Assembly: GCA_030704615.1 (NCBI GenBank)
Contig: CM060733.1
Span: 13,640,001 to 13,704,000 of the forward strand
Source: Takakia lepidozioides
Lineage: Eukaryota; Plantae; Bryophyta
Direction: 5' to 3'
DNA: 64,000 nt
The position numbers and the translations under genes are program-made. The notes beneath the pieces were generated by a model that searched no databases, was not told the origin of the DNA, and saw only the letters and a program-made list of their open reading frames with translations. This document shows, one piece after another, positions 48,810-59,650 of this stretch (the stretch's first letter is position 1; the number at the start of each line of letters is the position of its first letter).

Positions 48810-51800
48810 ATGCAACAGATCTCAATGGATCTCAATTCTTACTTTTTTGGCAGGTTCACAAATGCGTGCACAGATATAGAAATGTCCAAACAAGATGAAG
48901 ACTGGACGCACCACTTGCAGGATATTGACCCTGGTTGTGCATCACAAAACAATGAGGATTCTTTAGTACAAAACTTGCCACAAATCCCACGTCGAGTAAG
49001 TGCATTTGTAGGGCATATTCGACAGCAAGGTGAGCATTTTGCATATCCACCCAATGTACCAGCACCACCCCAAGGCCAAGGTCACAACGTCCAAGGTATG
49101 GCAAATGTACCAAGTCTTTGTGGACCTACTCAAATTGGCACTGTCAATGACTTGAATGTTTCTGTTCCTCGAAACATTTGCGAGTCGAGAACACAACGAA
49201 GAAGACAGCCTCAAGCATCTTCTAATGTGCCTCCCAAAGATATTCAACGGCGCATCCATATGCTTCCAAGGTCAACAGAGTGGTCAACCTATCGTGAGGC
49301 TTTAACGCCATTGATTTCCAACTGGGTTCCAGACAACCCAGTTGTTTTGGTCTCTCTCAAAGCAAACCTTCAGTGGGGTGGGCAAATCTATCCCGAGCCA
49401 TTCTGTCTTGGAACATTGGAGTTTCAGATTGCTGCCCACTTTGCACAACTTGAGCCTCATCGTCAAACACCTACACCACGTGTGACAGGGTGTTTTTTTC
49501 AAACGGACCAGGAGAGCAACAGGCAAATATTTTCTCGAGCCATTGATCCGAAAACGTGGGGCTCTATGGGGCCGATTGCCAGCAACAACATTTGTTGTTT
49601 ACATCTCTGATAGCAGCGAGGTTTCATATGTTCCTGATGTAAGCACAGTCCCAAGTGATGGAATTGTTGCTTATCAACAATTCCTAAGAAATCCACCTAA
49701 GAAGAGGGATAGAAGGTGTAGGGAGGTTGACAATGAAAGAAGGTCCAATGCCCATGGATGGCGATGTGGTAGTGCACAGATCAGACCTATGGAGATTGAA
49801 GATTCCCAATCTCTGTCCTCATCAAACGATGGTAAACCTTTTCATATGGCCCCATCACAAGTTCAAGATGTTCATGTCACCCAAGTGCCCCAAGATGTTC
49901 AAAGGGTCCAAAGGCCTTATGGTATGACAACATCTCACATTGAAGCTGATAGTACGTCACAAGTACCAAAGCGTGTCAGAGGTTCAAATGGGGTAAGGCC
50001 TTCTACGACCCTGCACACCACGGGATTAAACAGTGATGTGTCTTCGTTTGGATTGATGGAACAATCAAGTGGCAATATTCCGACTAGCAGCATTGGAGAT
50101 TCTGATTCAGATTTTATGAGTGAGCCGCCTCGAGGTGGATGTAGGAACGTGCAACGGGGGAATGTCCAAGGTCACTACAATCTGGCATTACCTGCACCGC
50201 CAATCACAACAACGCATGTTGGTATGTCATCCTCATCTAGTATGATTGTTAATGAGATGGACATAATTTCCTCAACACCCACTCATTGTACATGGGCAAC
50301 TGAAGATGAAGTTCTCAACAAGATGGCAGAGACATGGATCAAACATCAAGAGGCATACTTCAAGGCATTGGGGGAACGTGATGTTAAATCTGCATATGAA
50401 GCACTCGATGTCCACAAGGATGAACAGGGATCCCAAGCTTTTTGGTCAGCTTTTGACATGTTTAAAGTTGAGCTCCATACAGATTCTTTCAATGATGAAG
50501 TGTTGAGACGTATTGGTAACGAGCTCTTTAAAAGAAAAGAGCTTCGTAGGGGTTCCACTACATCTGAGGCTAATCTCAGTAGGGTTACTATGCACCCTTC
50601 CATGAGCATGTATAATCTTGGCGATATTTGAATTCAGTTTGAGCTCATGGCGCGACCTTTTTGGAAAGATTGGGATGCATGGGATCTAGCTATCTCTAAG
50701 TCCTCGAATGTTGGTCTATGTATCCCAACAGCAGAAGAGATTCTACAACACTACAACATCAATGGAGGTTCTCTAGGTGATGAAGATCACACCTTCAGTC
50801 AAAGAATCCATGAGACATTGAAGTTATGTGCTTTTACCAAATTTTCAAGGGCCCACCTTGAGCTTATGTGTTGCTCAGACAAAATTGAGACTCACCAAGA
50901 TGAGGCGACACTTTTGCAATCAAGAGAGAAGGTTGATGAAGCCATATTGAAATACCAACGGTATTATATGAGTCAAATTGTTTTCAAGCCGGACAAAAGA
51001 TGGTTGGGCTTTTCCAACATCACTATTACTAAGATTCCGGTGAGTTCATGCACTGTCATGATCGTATTTAATTTTGTAAGCTTGCTTTCACTTAGAATTA
51101 GACATTTCGAAGTTGTTGAAATTTCCGTGTTGTTTTTCAAGGTGACCCAAACGAAGGAGCTTCAAGCTTTCAACCTTCAATGGAATGAGATCAAATATGA
51201 AAGAGCTTGCTATAGACCAAAGGTTGAATTTATTCATTCCAGCGGCATTGCTGAAAGATTGACTATCGATGAAGATGGTTTGCGTGATGCATGGCTTACA
51301 AATACTTGGAAGCAATTTTGGTCTACCTCTTTCGTAAGCAGTAAATACAAACTTTTTTCATGTCTTAAGATTATTTGTAATCTTTTGCTTTGATGCACAT
51401 TTTGCATACTTAGGAATGTTTTTTGTGCTTTTTGTATTTTATGACAAACTTGAATTGTACTAGCAAAGACTGATGATTTTGTTGTTGGTTTTCAGAGCTA
51501 CAATACAATATTTGAATATCCTGATAATCTTCAAGGAAAGTTGTTGCATCCAAAATTGGATTCTGAGGTCATACGCACAGACATTCAATTGGATGCGGTG
51601 AGATTTGGATTGCAAAGTCATTTGTTTTATATTGACATGCATGAATTATTTTTGAAGATACTCCCAGGACAGTCATTTCTTGTGTTTGAATGTTAGGTAT
51701 CATTGTTGATTCTTACTATTTGTTTGTGTATATTGCAGGCCAAAATGCTAGGGCATTTGATCTTCATGCTCGCATCGAACAAATTGGAAGTCTCAAGACC

Positions 51801-52578
51801 TTTTTCATTCGCAACTTTGGTCATGTTTTGTGACCAAGTCCCCGAGTCCAAAAACATGTCCGTTGGTGTGGAGTCCAAAATGAAAAAGGATTTAGAACGT
51901 GATTTTCGATTGGGCTGGGCTGCAAAATGGTCAATCTTAAATTGCCTTAGAAAATCAAGAGATGAGGCAATGAAATTGATTCGAAGACTCCAAGAGGATG
52001 AAACACATGAAGACTTGGCTTGGACATTCTCGGATTTCAATCTGACAGAAGAAAATTGGGAATCTGAAGTTGAGCACAAGATTGGAGCCATTGTTTGGAG
52101 TCATCTTTTCAATGGACGCAATTTGATTGTGAAGGCAATGCAAGAGGGGTTTTACATGGCTGTGGAACAAGCACCATGTGCACCCACCATAAAGGATCGA
52201 ATGAAAGACAGTTTGAAAGGCATATCTCCTAATACAATGTGTGTTGTATTCAATGGTGCCTGTGCAATTGAAGCAAGTGATTTCTTGAGGAAGTGCATAT
52301 TTGATGTATCTATATTGCCCCTCCAACAAAAATGGTTTCGAGATTGTGTGGATCAAATGACCTATACTGAGAGGTCTCGATTGGCTATTTTTATCACTGG
52401 ATTGGAGTACTTTGGTGGCAAAGACATCAATATACAACTTCTCAATCGACACGACTATCCATGCATTCAAGCAAGCACTTGCTTTCAAGTTCTATATCTT
52501 CCCCCATACAAAGATGCCTCAATGATGATGACGAAGATTAACTATTCTACCATGGATAGTAGTTATGGTCGTGCATGA
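48810..52578 (+). pseudogene. Divergent HECT-domain E3 ubiquitin ligase; one frameshift and one nonsense codon
   Basis: C-lobe WFRDCVDQMTYTERSRLAIFITG...IQASTCFQVLYLPPY...KINYSTMDSSYGRA* (catalytic Cys 52480-52482); N-lobe KVEF...IDEDGLRDAW...IFEY. Introns 51040-51141, 51334-51495, 51568-51738; shift ~49495-49540; in-frame TGA 50629-50631. Confidence 0.8.
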
Positions 52579-53649
52579 CATATGGAGGTGAAGGGTGTGA
52601 GTCATGGCTCAAACAAAGGGGTTGATTTTGTGGTATCATAGATAATTGAAATGCTCTTGGAGTGGTACTATGAGTGTGACATCTGGTTGAATGTTAAGTG
52701 TTACAAGTTCGTTGAGTATATGTGAGAGTAAGAATCATGGTAAATGTGAGAATTCAAGTGCAAGTTCAAATGCAAGTGAAAGTTTGAGTGCGAAGTTGAG
52801 TTTGAGTGCGAGGTTAAAGGCAAGTTGGAATGTCAGTTCGAGTGCGAGTTCAAGTGCAAGTTTGGGTAGATTATAGAGGGTTTGAATCTGAAGATTCCAT
52901 GGAGTCCGGCCAGATCCAATCGTGTCTTAGAGAATTGACAAGTCGGGAACAAGCGTGTGTGCAACGGGTGCCTTGTGGCAAAAGGATGAGATTTTATGAA
53001 CGAAGCAAATCAATAAAGTATGAGAAGGGGTTAAAGGAAAAGAAGAGATGCAAAGGAAGATGATAGAGTGCAAGGCCATTGTAGCCCTTCTAGATCCGGC
53101 TCTAAGGCTTGGCAATCAATTTGGAGAGCTTGGCTGCACATTCGTGGCCATCTCACTCTTCGGTCCCTGCTTCTTTTGACAAAACCTGCTGTCAACCCCT
53201 CTTTGGTAACCTAAACATTGACTCTAGAAATGTTTAGCCAAGCTGTCCCCTAAATGGCTGGTCGGGAAGGTTGGGGCATCACTTTGTGTTTCCCACATCT
53301 AGGAGGTCAGTTTCTTTTTGCCAAGCATGTTGCTGTGTATGTGGGTAGGAGAAGAATGGTGTGCAGCTGGCCCCTCATCTCCTCTAAAGTTTTTTGCACC
53401 CCGGGCCCCTCCCTTGTGGCTAGCCCTTCATTCGGCAGCCTCCTAGCTCCCCCTGTCATGCAGCTCTCCTGCTCACATAGTATAATGGTTGTAGATTTTG
53501 GGTTTCATCCAGATAACTTGGGCTACCTTTCTTTCTTACTCGGGACAGGTTCATCTCCAAATGGTTATAAATCTTTTTGACATTCGTGTCATTAATCTCT
53601 CCGACAGTAGCTGTAACCCCCCCCCCTCCTAATTCCGGAGGAGAAATTT

Positions 53650-54075
53650 AGTGGCTTGCCCACTCCACCTTCCTTTGGTTCCTTCGTGCCCCTATTGCAA
53701 GGCTACAATTGGACCTCGGCGAATGGAGCTGGATGGATCCCAAACACAACCCATTTTTCGTCTATTATGTTACGCTGGGTTATTCATTACTGAGGCCCCC
53801 GCCCACATACCCAGTTGTGGAACAAGAAATGGTGCTTGGACCTGGCCCCTCTATGGAAGTAGGTCTGACACAAAGAATGAGCGGCAAAAGTCTGTGTGTT
53901 TCTATGGAAATTGGTTAACTACATTTTGCCTAATTTTGCCTAATTTTGCCTCCCCACACACTTCACATCGGGATCCCCGCCTCACTTGCTCTTGTTCTGT
54001 ACCAGAATCCATTGAGCATTGCCTCATTCTTTGCTCCCTTTCTAGGGCAGTGTGGAGCCTTGTCTTCGCTTTTTA
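53650..54075 (+). mobile_element. L1-type LINE 3' relic (zf-RVT region)
   Basis: CSCSVPESIEHCLILCSLSRAVW matches the zinc-finger pattern of L1 ORF2. Confidence 0.6.
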
Positions 54076-54078
54076 TGA

Positions 54079-54870
54079 TCATTGGCACCCCCATATCTTT
54101 ACTGGAGACATCTTGCACTGATAAAATTGGTGTTGTAAATGATAAATGTCCTCTGTGGACTTCTGCTCATGGATAAGAATCAAAAGTGACCAAATTTGAG
54201 CTGAGGTTCTGCAATTCAACAATTGGATGAGAAGCTTGTCATCGATAGTCTGCGTCAAAACACTTCTGGCTTGCATATCTTTGCGGTGCCAAGCAACTGC
54301 CTTGGCTGCTTCTGCTAACGGTTCAAGACCTGTGACAATATCCATGAAGTCTCGACCGGATAGGATTGATTCCATTTGATACTTCCATATCTGAAAGTTG
54401 TGGCCATTGAACTTTTTGACATTACAAAAATCTTTGTTATCCATGTCTGGTATTGCAAAACGAAAACAAAGAAAAATATGTGTCACTCTGACTAAACTGA
54501 CTACAAGAATGAAAAGAACATACTCTCAACAGACTCTTTGGAGTGGATGACTAGCATGAAGTTAAGGCCCATAACCTATTGATTTTCACTATTCAACCAA
54601 CACTATTATACTACACATTCATACCTGATCAGACATGCAATCACCATTCAATGATCTCAGATTCCACTCTCATCTCATTTTGTTCATACATATAAGTTAA
54701 TATCATACACAGAGAACCATCACACACTATATAATATCACAGTACTTTTGGCGGGCAATTGTCTAGTTCAAATCTCACTGTTCCCAAGAACTAGTTAGCA
54801 GTTCCCAATACTCAATAAGATAGCCCCACTAGTGTCTCCTGTCAGGAAGTGGGCCCTTAACTCAATAACA
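54079..54870 (-). mobile_element. 5' fragment of a Ty1/copia retrotransposon: LTR, PBS and gag start
   Basis: Candidate LTR TGTTATTGAG...AATCA (54870-54580); PBS GGTTATGGGCC (54576-54566); gag KKFNGHNFQIWKYQMESIL...W..KD..AR...CRTSAQIW. Confidence 0.85.
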
Positions 54871-57800
54871 GCCACTTAAAGTGCAATGTCAATTCTTTCT
54901 CACATATCTGCAAACTTCTCGAGCGAGATACCTAGTTTGGCAACTGCCAACTACCAACTGTGGACCATGCTGTGAGGCACAACAATCCAAGACTGCCACT
55001 GGTTGAAGAAAGTCTGTATAGAGAAAACTTCGCAAGAAAAGTCTCTTTGAATTCATTTCTTCCTCTCTTTCTATATTGAAAGTACCATTACTCTTTCTAT
55101 GTACATTACTCTTCTTGCTTCTCTCAGTCTTTACTTGGTGTGTGTTCTCTGCATCCCACACCAGCCAAACCCAGACCCAATTGCTATGGGTTGAACGAAT
55201 TCATGCAAAAAGCATTTCTCCAAATCGTTCATCTAAACATATATCATCAAACAGTCATGCTGTTGGGCTGTGCAAACACATCATCAAAGTATTTCACCCC
55301 ACTTATGAGAGTGCAGGGGCGTTCTGGCCACATGTCCATGGTCACATCATAGCTTCGATGATACTTGAACACCAGATTCTTACTGGCTTGTTCCTCATCT
55401 AAGGCCCCATATCTTGCATCACCTAATTGAGAGTTGAGGGGAATGCGAATAAGAAAAAAAGCTTGGCTACGCTTCTCGACCAGGTGGTCCTCATCAATAG
55501 AAGAGACATTTGTCCATAAGCCTGTGCTTCGTTAAGAAGGTCATAGGAGATAATTGGACGGAAACTCTGGAGGAAAACTCTGCTGCAAGGAGTAAAACTT
55601 TAAACTATATAAAGGAAGCTAGCAGCTCCACAATATTCATGATTTCCCTGCCGATTTTGACATTGTTTGAATCCCATGCTAATTGCTAAAATTGTCTTGA
55701 GCCTGCATTCAAAAACTATCCTTTGTGGGTATCCAAATGTTCCTCCAGCCTTTCTGCCGGTAACTGCTAGTTGGTCATGGATCTCTTCTAATGAAAGCAT
55801 ATGTGTTCTTCGGTTGACATTCATAAATGTTTTTTATTCAGTGGTTATAGCACTGGCCACACTTTGGGTGGGGGGTTTCCACTCTTTTTCTTGTAATTTG
55901 GAGATACTGGTATTTGTGTGCCCCTACCCAGTCAACAGACAGTTAGAGGGATGTATCATACATCAGTTTGGCATCCATATACTGTGCTAGATTACTCTTG
56001 ATAGCTATACATACACGGAGAGTTCACAAAATTCCTGCTCTTAAAGCAGTTTCAATGGAGGTCATTTAGACTACGATCCTTGGGTTGGTAATGAATTTCC
56101 ATCACCCTATCTGTTTCATAAGATAACCGAGTGAAATAACCTTCTAGATATACCCTTTCAATGCTCAATAACTGCCCAATACCGGTTGACACCTTTTCAG
56201 GGTCGTAACGCAGACGACGTCGTTGCACTAACCTCCCCAATGGATTCAAGTCCTCAAGGTATCGCCATAGATTACAAGCACCTGGTTCAAAGAAAATTGT
56301 ATCTGGCTGAGATGGTTGGGGGCATGTTAGCTCACCTTCTATATAGTCAGTCCAAATGTTGATTTTTCTTAAGCATTTCAATTCGTGGCTGTACTAGGTT
56401 CAGTTTATTTGCAGTTACTTTACAAAAAAGGGCTTGGGGTCCACATTAGGGTTAAAAATGTTCAAATGCTAACCAGTGACCACAACGTCAGAGTGTCATT
56501 TGCCACCATTATATACCGCATAGATCTCTGGAGAAAGCTAAACTTGTACATGGGAGCATACATGTTGTACTTCAGAGCAGACCCATATACACAATGTTTA
56601 CGTTGAGAAGGTCATCATGTGCAGCACATTATTGATTAGATGTCACTTGCAGCTGCCTGAGGATCCTACTTATTAGCGATTCCATGAAAGTTGAGTGTAC
56701 ATACATGTCACTGTGTCAGTCTGCTACGTTGAGTCCATAGTCGTCAGCTTGAAGACACGCAAATGCATAGATGCTGCAAACGCATCCACACTTTCCTTGC
56801 TGTAGGAGCTGGGTAGGAAATTGGTTTTGCACTCCCAGCCATGGTAATGCAGTGATGCCAGATTGTGAGCATGTGCTGCCATTATTTCATCATCTGCAGC
56901 ACAATGTATCAGGCGTTGTTAACATAATGGTTTTCAGACGCATAATCAATCAGCTAAATTAGAGAACATTTGATCAAGTGGGTTCTATGGACTACATGAA
57001 AAATTAGTTAGCGGTCTTAAAACGCATGTCAGGGTACGTTCTACATTGTGTCCACCTTCCAGTAGTCTTTGGGTGAAATGACAGCACCAATAGTTTAGGC
57101 TTACTACTGTAGGACTGTCGCGTTTCTCTGAAGCTAAGCTTGACAGAAACTAATTGATGGATTGGGGTTCCAGGAGTATAGATAAGTCACACATCTAGGT
57201 CTTCCTACGTTATTAGACTTCTTGCAACAACGTTAGAAACTAAGTTACAAGGTTACAAGTTCATTTGTTAAACTCACCATATACTCCCAAATACACGTCC
57301 ACTTTTGCTTTAGCTTCCGACATGTATGCCACTCTTGCTTCCCATTTACATCGGTTCCTGGTAACGCAGATAGCGCAACCCACAATCGAGTTAGTTTAGT
57401 CATTCATAGCCCCAGGAAACAATCAATCCCGTGATAAGACTGGACATAGATCCGCGTCTAAGCTGTGCTTGAGGCCAAAAATCATTTGATGTGACCTTAA
57501 CATTGCAAGAGGTGAGATTTTTCTCATGAGTACTGATTCGATGATTCCCAGTTGAACACATATTAATGAACATTGGGAAACACTGCCGTTTTTCAGCTTA
57601 AGCGAGGAGCAATGCACAGTTAGAATGTGCATACTTGGACACGCCTTTGAATCGTGAAGACCCACGGGAGAATCCTTGAGAGTTCCTGTGGATTAGCACA
57701 TAAATTTTATATCTATGAGTTCTACAGCATGTCAGCAGCATGTCTCGGAATTCCAAATTGCGTGTTCAAAGTTCCATTAGATTGCATATTCCATGCAATA

Positions 57801-58659
57801 AATTATCCACAAATCTACATGTCTTCTGAAGTTTTTGCAACCGTCAAAGCTGTTATGATTAATTTCTTAACAATGTCAGAGAAGTGATCACCTCTTCAAA
57901 TACCAGATGTAATCCTCGGTGCTGACATTTTTCATTTGTACCAAGTCCTCCTCGTAGTTACAGATCTGCGACGTATAGTTGAAAGTCATCTTACAAGCAA
58001 TGATGAGTGTTGTTTCCAATGAGATCCATACGTACGTGGTGCACATGCACCGACGATCCAGGTTTAACAAATTATGGAGAAATCCCAGGAGCGATTTCGT
58101 GCAATTGGAGTGTTAGAAAATCAAATAGTCGTTCACAGTGTAAGGTGACTAATTACATGCATGCTAGGTCCACACTATCTCAACAGGGTTTCAGGCCTCA
58201 CAGGGAAGTTGAGTTTGTACGGTCTCTTTCTCTTCAGATGAAGCTTAAGCTTCAATGCTGCGAGATCGTGTACCCTGGCAGCTTCAACTTCCGAAAGGTA
58301 ATGACCTGAGATGCAGACGAGAATGAAGGTAATGTGACATCAAGGCGATATTATTGCATGCACTGTCATGAGGTGCTGAAAAGCATCTGCACGAATTAGA
58401 AAAACTACAATATGCTCATTAGAAAAAGATCTATTCTGAGCTGTTCAAGTACACTAGCGAGGCTGCATGAGCAAGAAGATGAGGATCATGCAGTATCACT
58501 AATGCAAGGTGCTATAACTTGGTCTCACCACAATATTCTGCTTGAAGGAGTTCGTTTCAGCACCGAATCACCAAAAATCGGTCGATATTGCGCCCAATTG
58601 ACAGCACAATCAGATATCAAGCAAATGAGCATGTCAAATTATTATCTTTAGAACAACCC

Positions 58660-59430
58660 TTAGGACTATCATTTAAATGAGAGACTCATCCTCCCACGAC
58701 TACAACACATGTGCCTAGATTCAGCCCGGTGGTGGAGTTCTTCCAGGAGTTGCGGAGGAACTACCAAGGTGTACAGACTGAGAAGCTGCGAAGTTTGCAA
58801 GACTTCCAGCGCGAACCCAGTGAGAGCTTGTGAGAGACGTACACTCGTATGAGGCGCTTGATAAGTGTGACCCAAGGGGTTACTGAAGCTCAGGCAATCC
58901 AGTTTTGGTATGGAATTCTAGACAAAGAGCTCAGAAGAATGGTGCGAGATGCAACCCTGTTACAAGCAGCCCAACCCATATTAGCAGATGTGTTTCTGTT
59001 GGCTGAGCGGATTGAGCTCAACATGGTGGAGGAGCGAGTTGTTACCATTGGATTTGGCAAGGACATGCCTGCACGAGGCGCAACTGCCAGCCCACAGGCA
59101 CAAGGGACTGCCCAACAGCGTGGTCAGGGGGCAAGGTTTCCCAACCCAAGTTCCATGGAGCTTACAGGGGACCTCAGGTGCAGAGGCCTGTGGCATCTTT
59201 TGCAGGCCAACAACAACCAGGGGTGATATGTTGGACATGTGGAGGACCCCATGTCAAGAGAGATTGCCCAGAGAGTGGCAGAAGGCCGGCACAAGCACAG
59301 CCTGCACAGTTGCAGTGTGAGCATTGTGGCAAGTATGGGCATGGAGATGCCCAGTGTTGTGACTTGCATCCTGAGTTGCGCCCAGGCCAGTTCCAAGGGA
59401 ACACCCCTGTGAGAGCAAGAACAATGGGAC
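58660..59430 (+). mobile_element. LTR retrotransposon gag fragment
   Basis: FQREPSESL*E.Y.RMRRL capsid-like motif and two zinc knuckles, CWTCGGPHVKRDC and CEHCGKYGHGDAQC; frameshifted. Confidence 0.7.
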
Positions 59431-59509
59431 ACGACAGCTCTAAGCATCCTACACACCGTTGGGGGAAACCGAAGAGGCGGCGATCTGCACATTTTGAACC
59501 AAAGAGATA

Positions 59510-59650
59510 CTTCAGCAGATTCCGATACCTATGTCTGTCTCTTGCGTAAATGCATCAAAATGAAAGGCCTAGCAGCAGGAAAGCAGGTGCATGCCCACAT
59601 TATCCAAAGTGGATTCAAGCCCAACATGTTTCTACACAACACCCTTGTAA
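59510..59650 (+). pseudogene. Short PPR fragment close to the first motifs of the 30041-32359 gene
   Basis: ADSDTYVCLLRKCIKMKGLAAGKQVHAHIIQSGFKPNMFLHNTLV vs ADSDTYICLLHKCIKMKGLEAGKQVHTHIIQSGFKPNIFLHNTLV. Confidence 0.9.

Larger units (their letters stand above)
48475..52578 (+). mobile_element. Putative opposite arm of the IS3EU-like element: terminus, repeat array and HECT gene
   Basis: TAGGGAATTCCAAAAA at 48475-48490 is identical to 25300-25315; the array at 48525-48805 is the reverse complement of the array starting at 28043. Confidence 0.6.

Noticed and set aside
52690-52870. Degenerate 12-bp repeat and its ORFs
   Set aside because: Simple low-complexity sequence with no supportable product.
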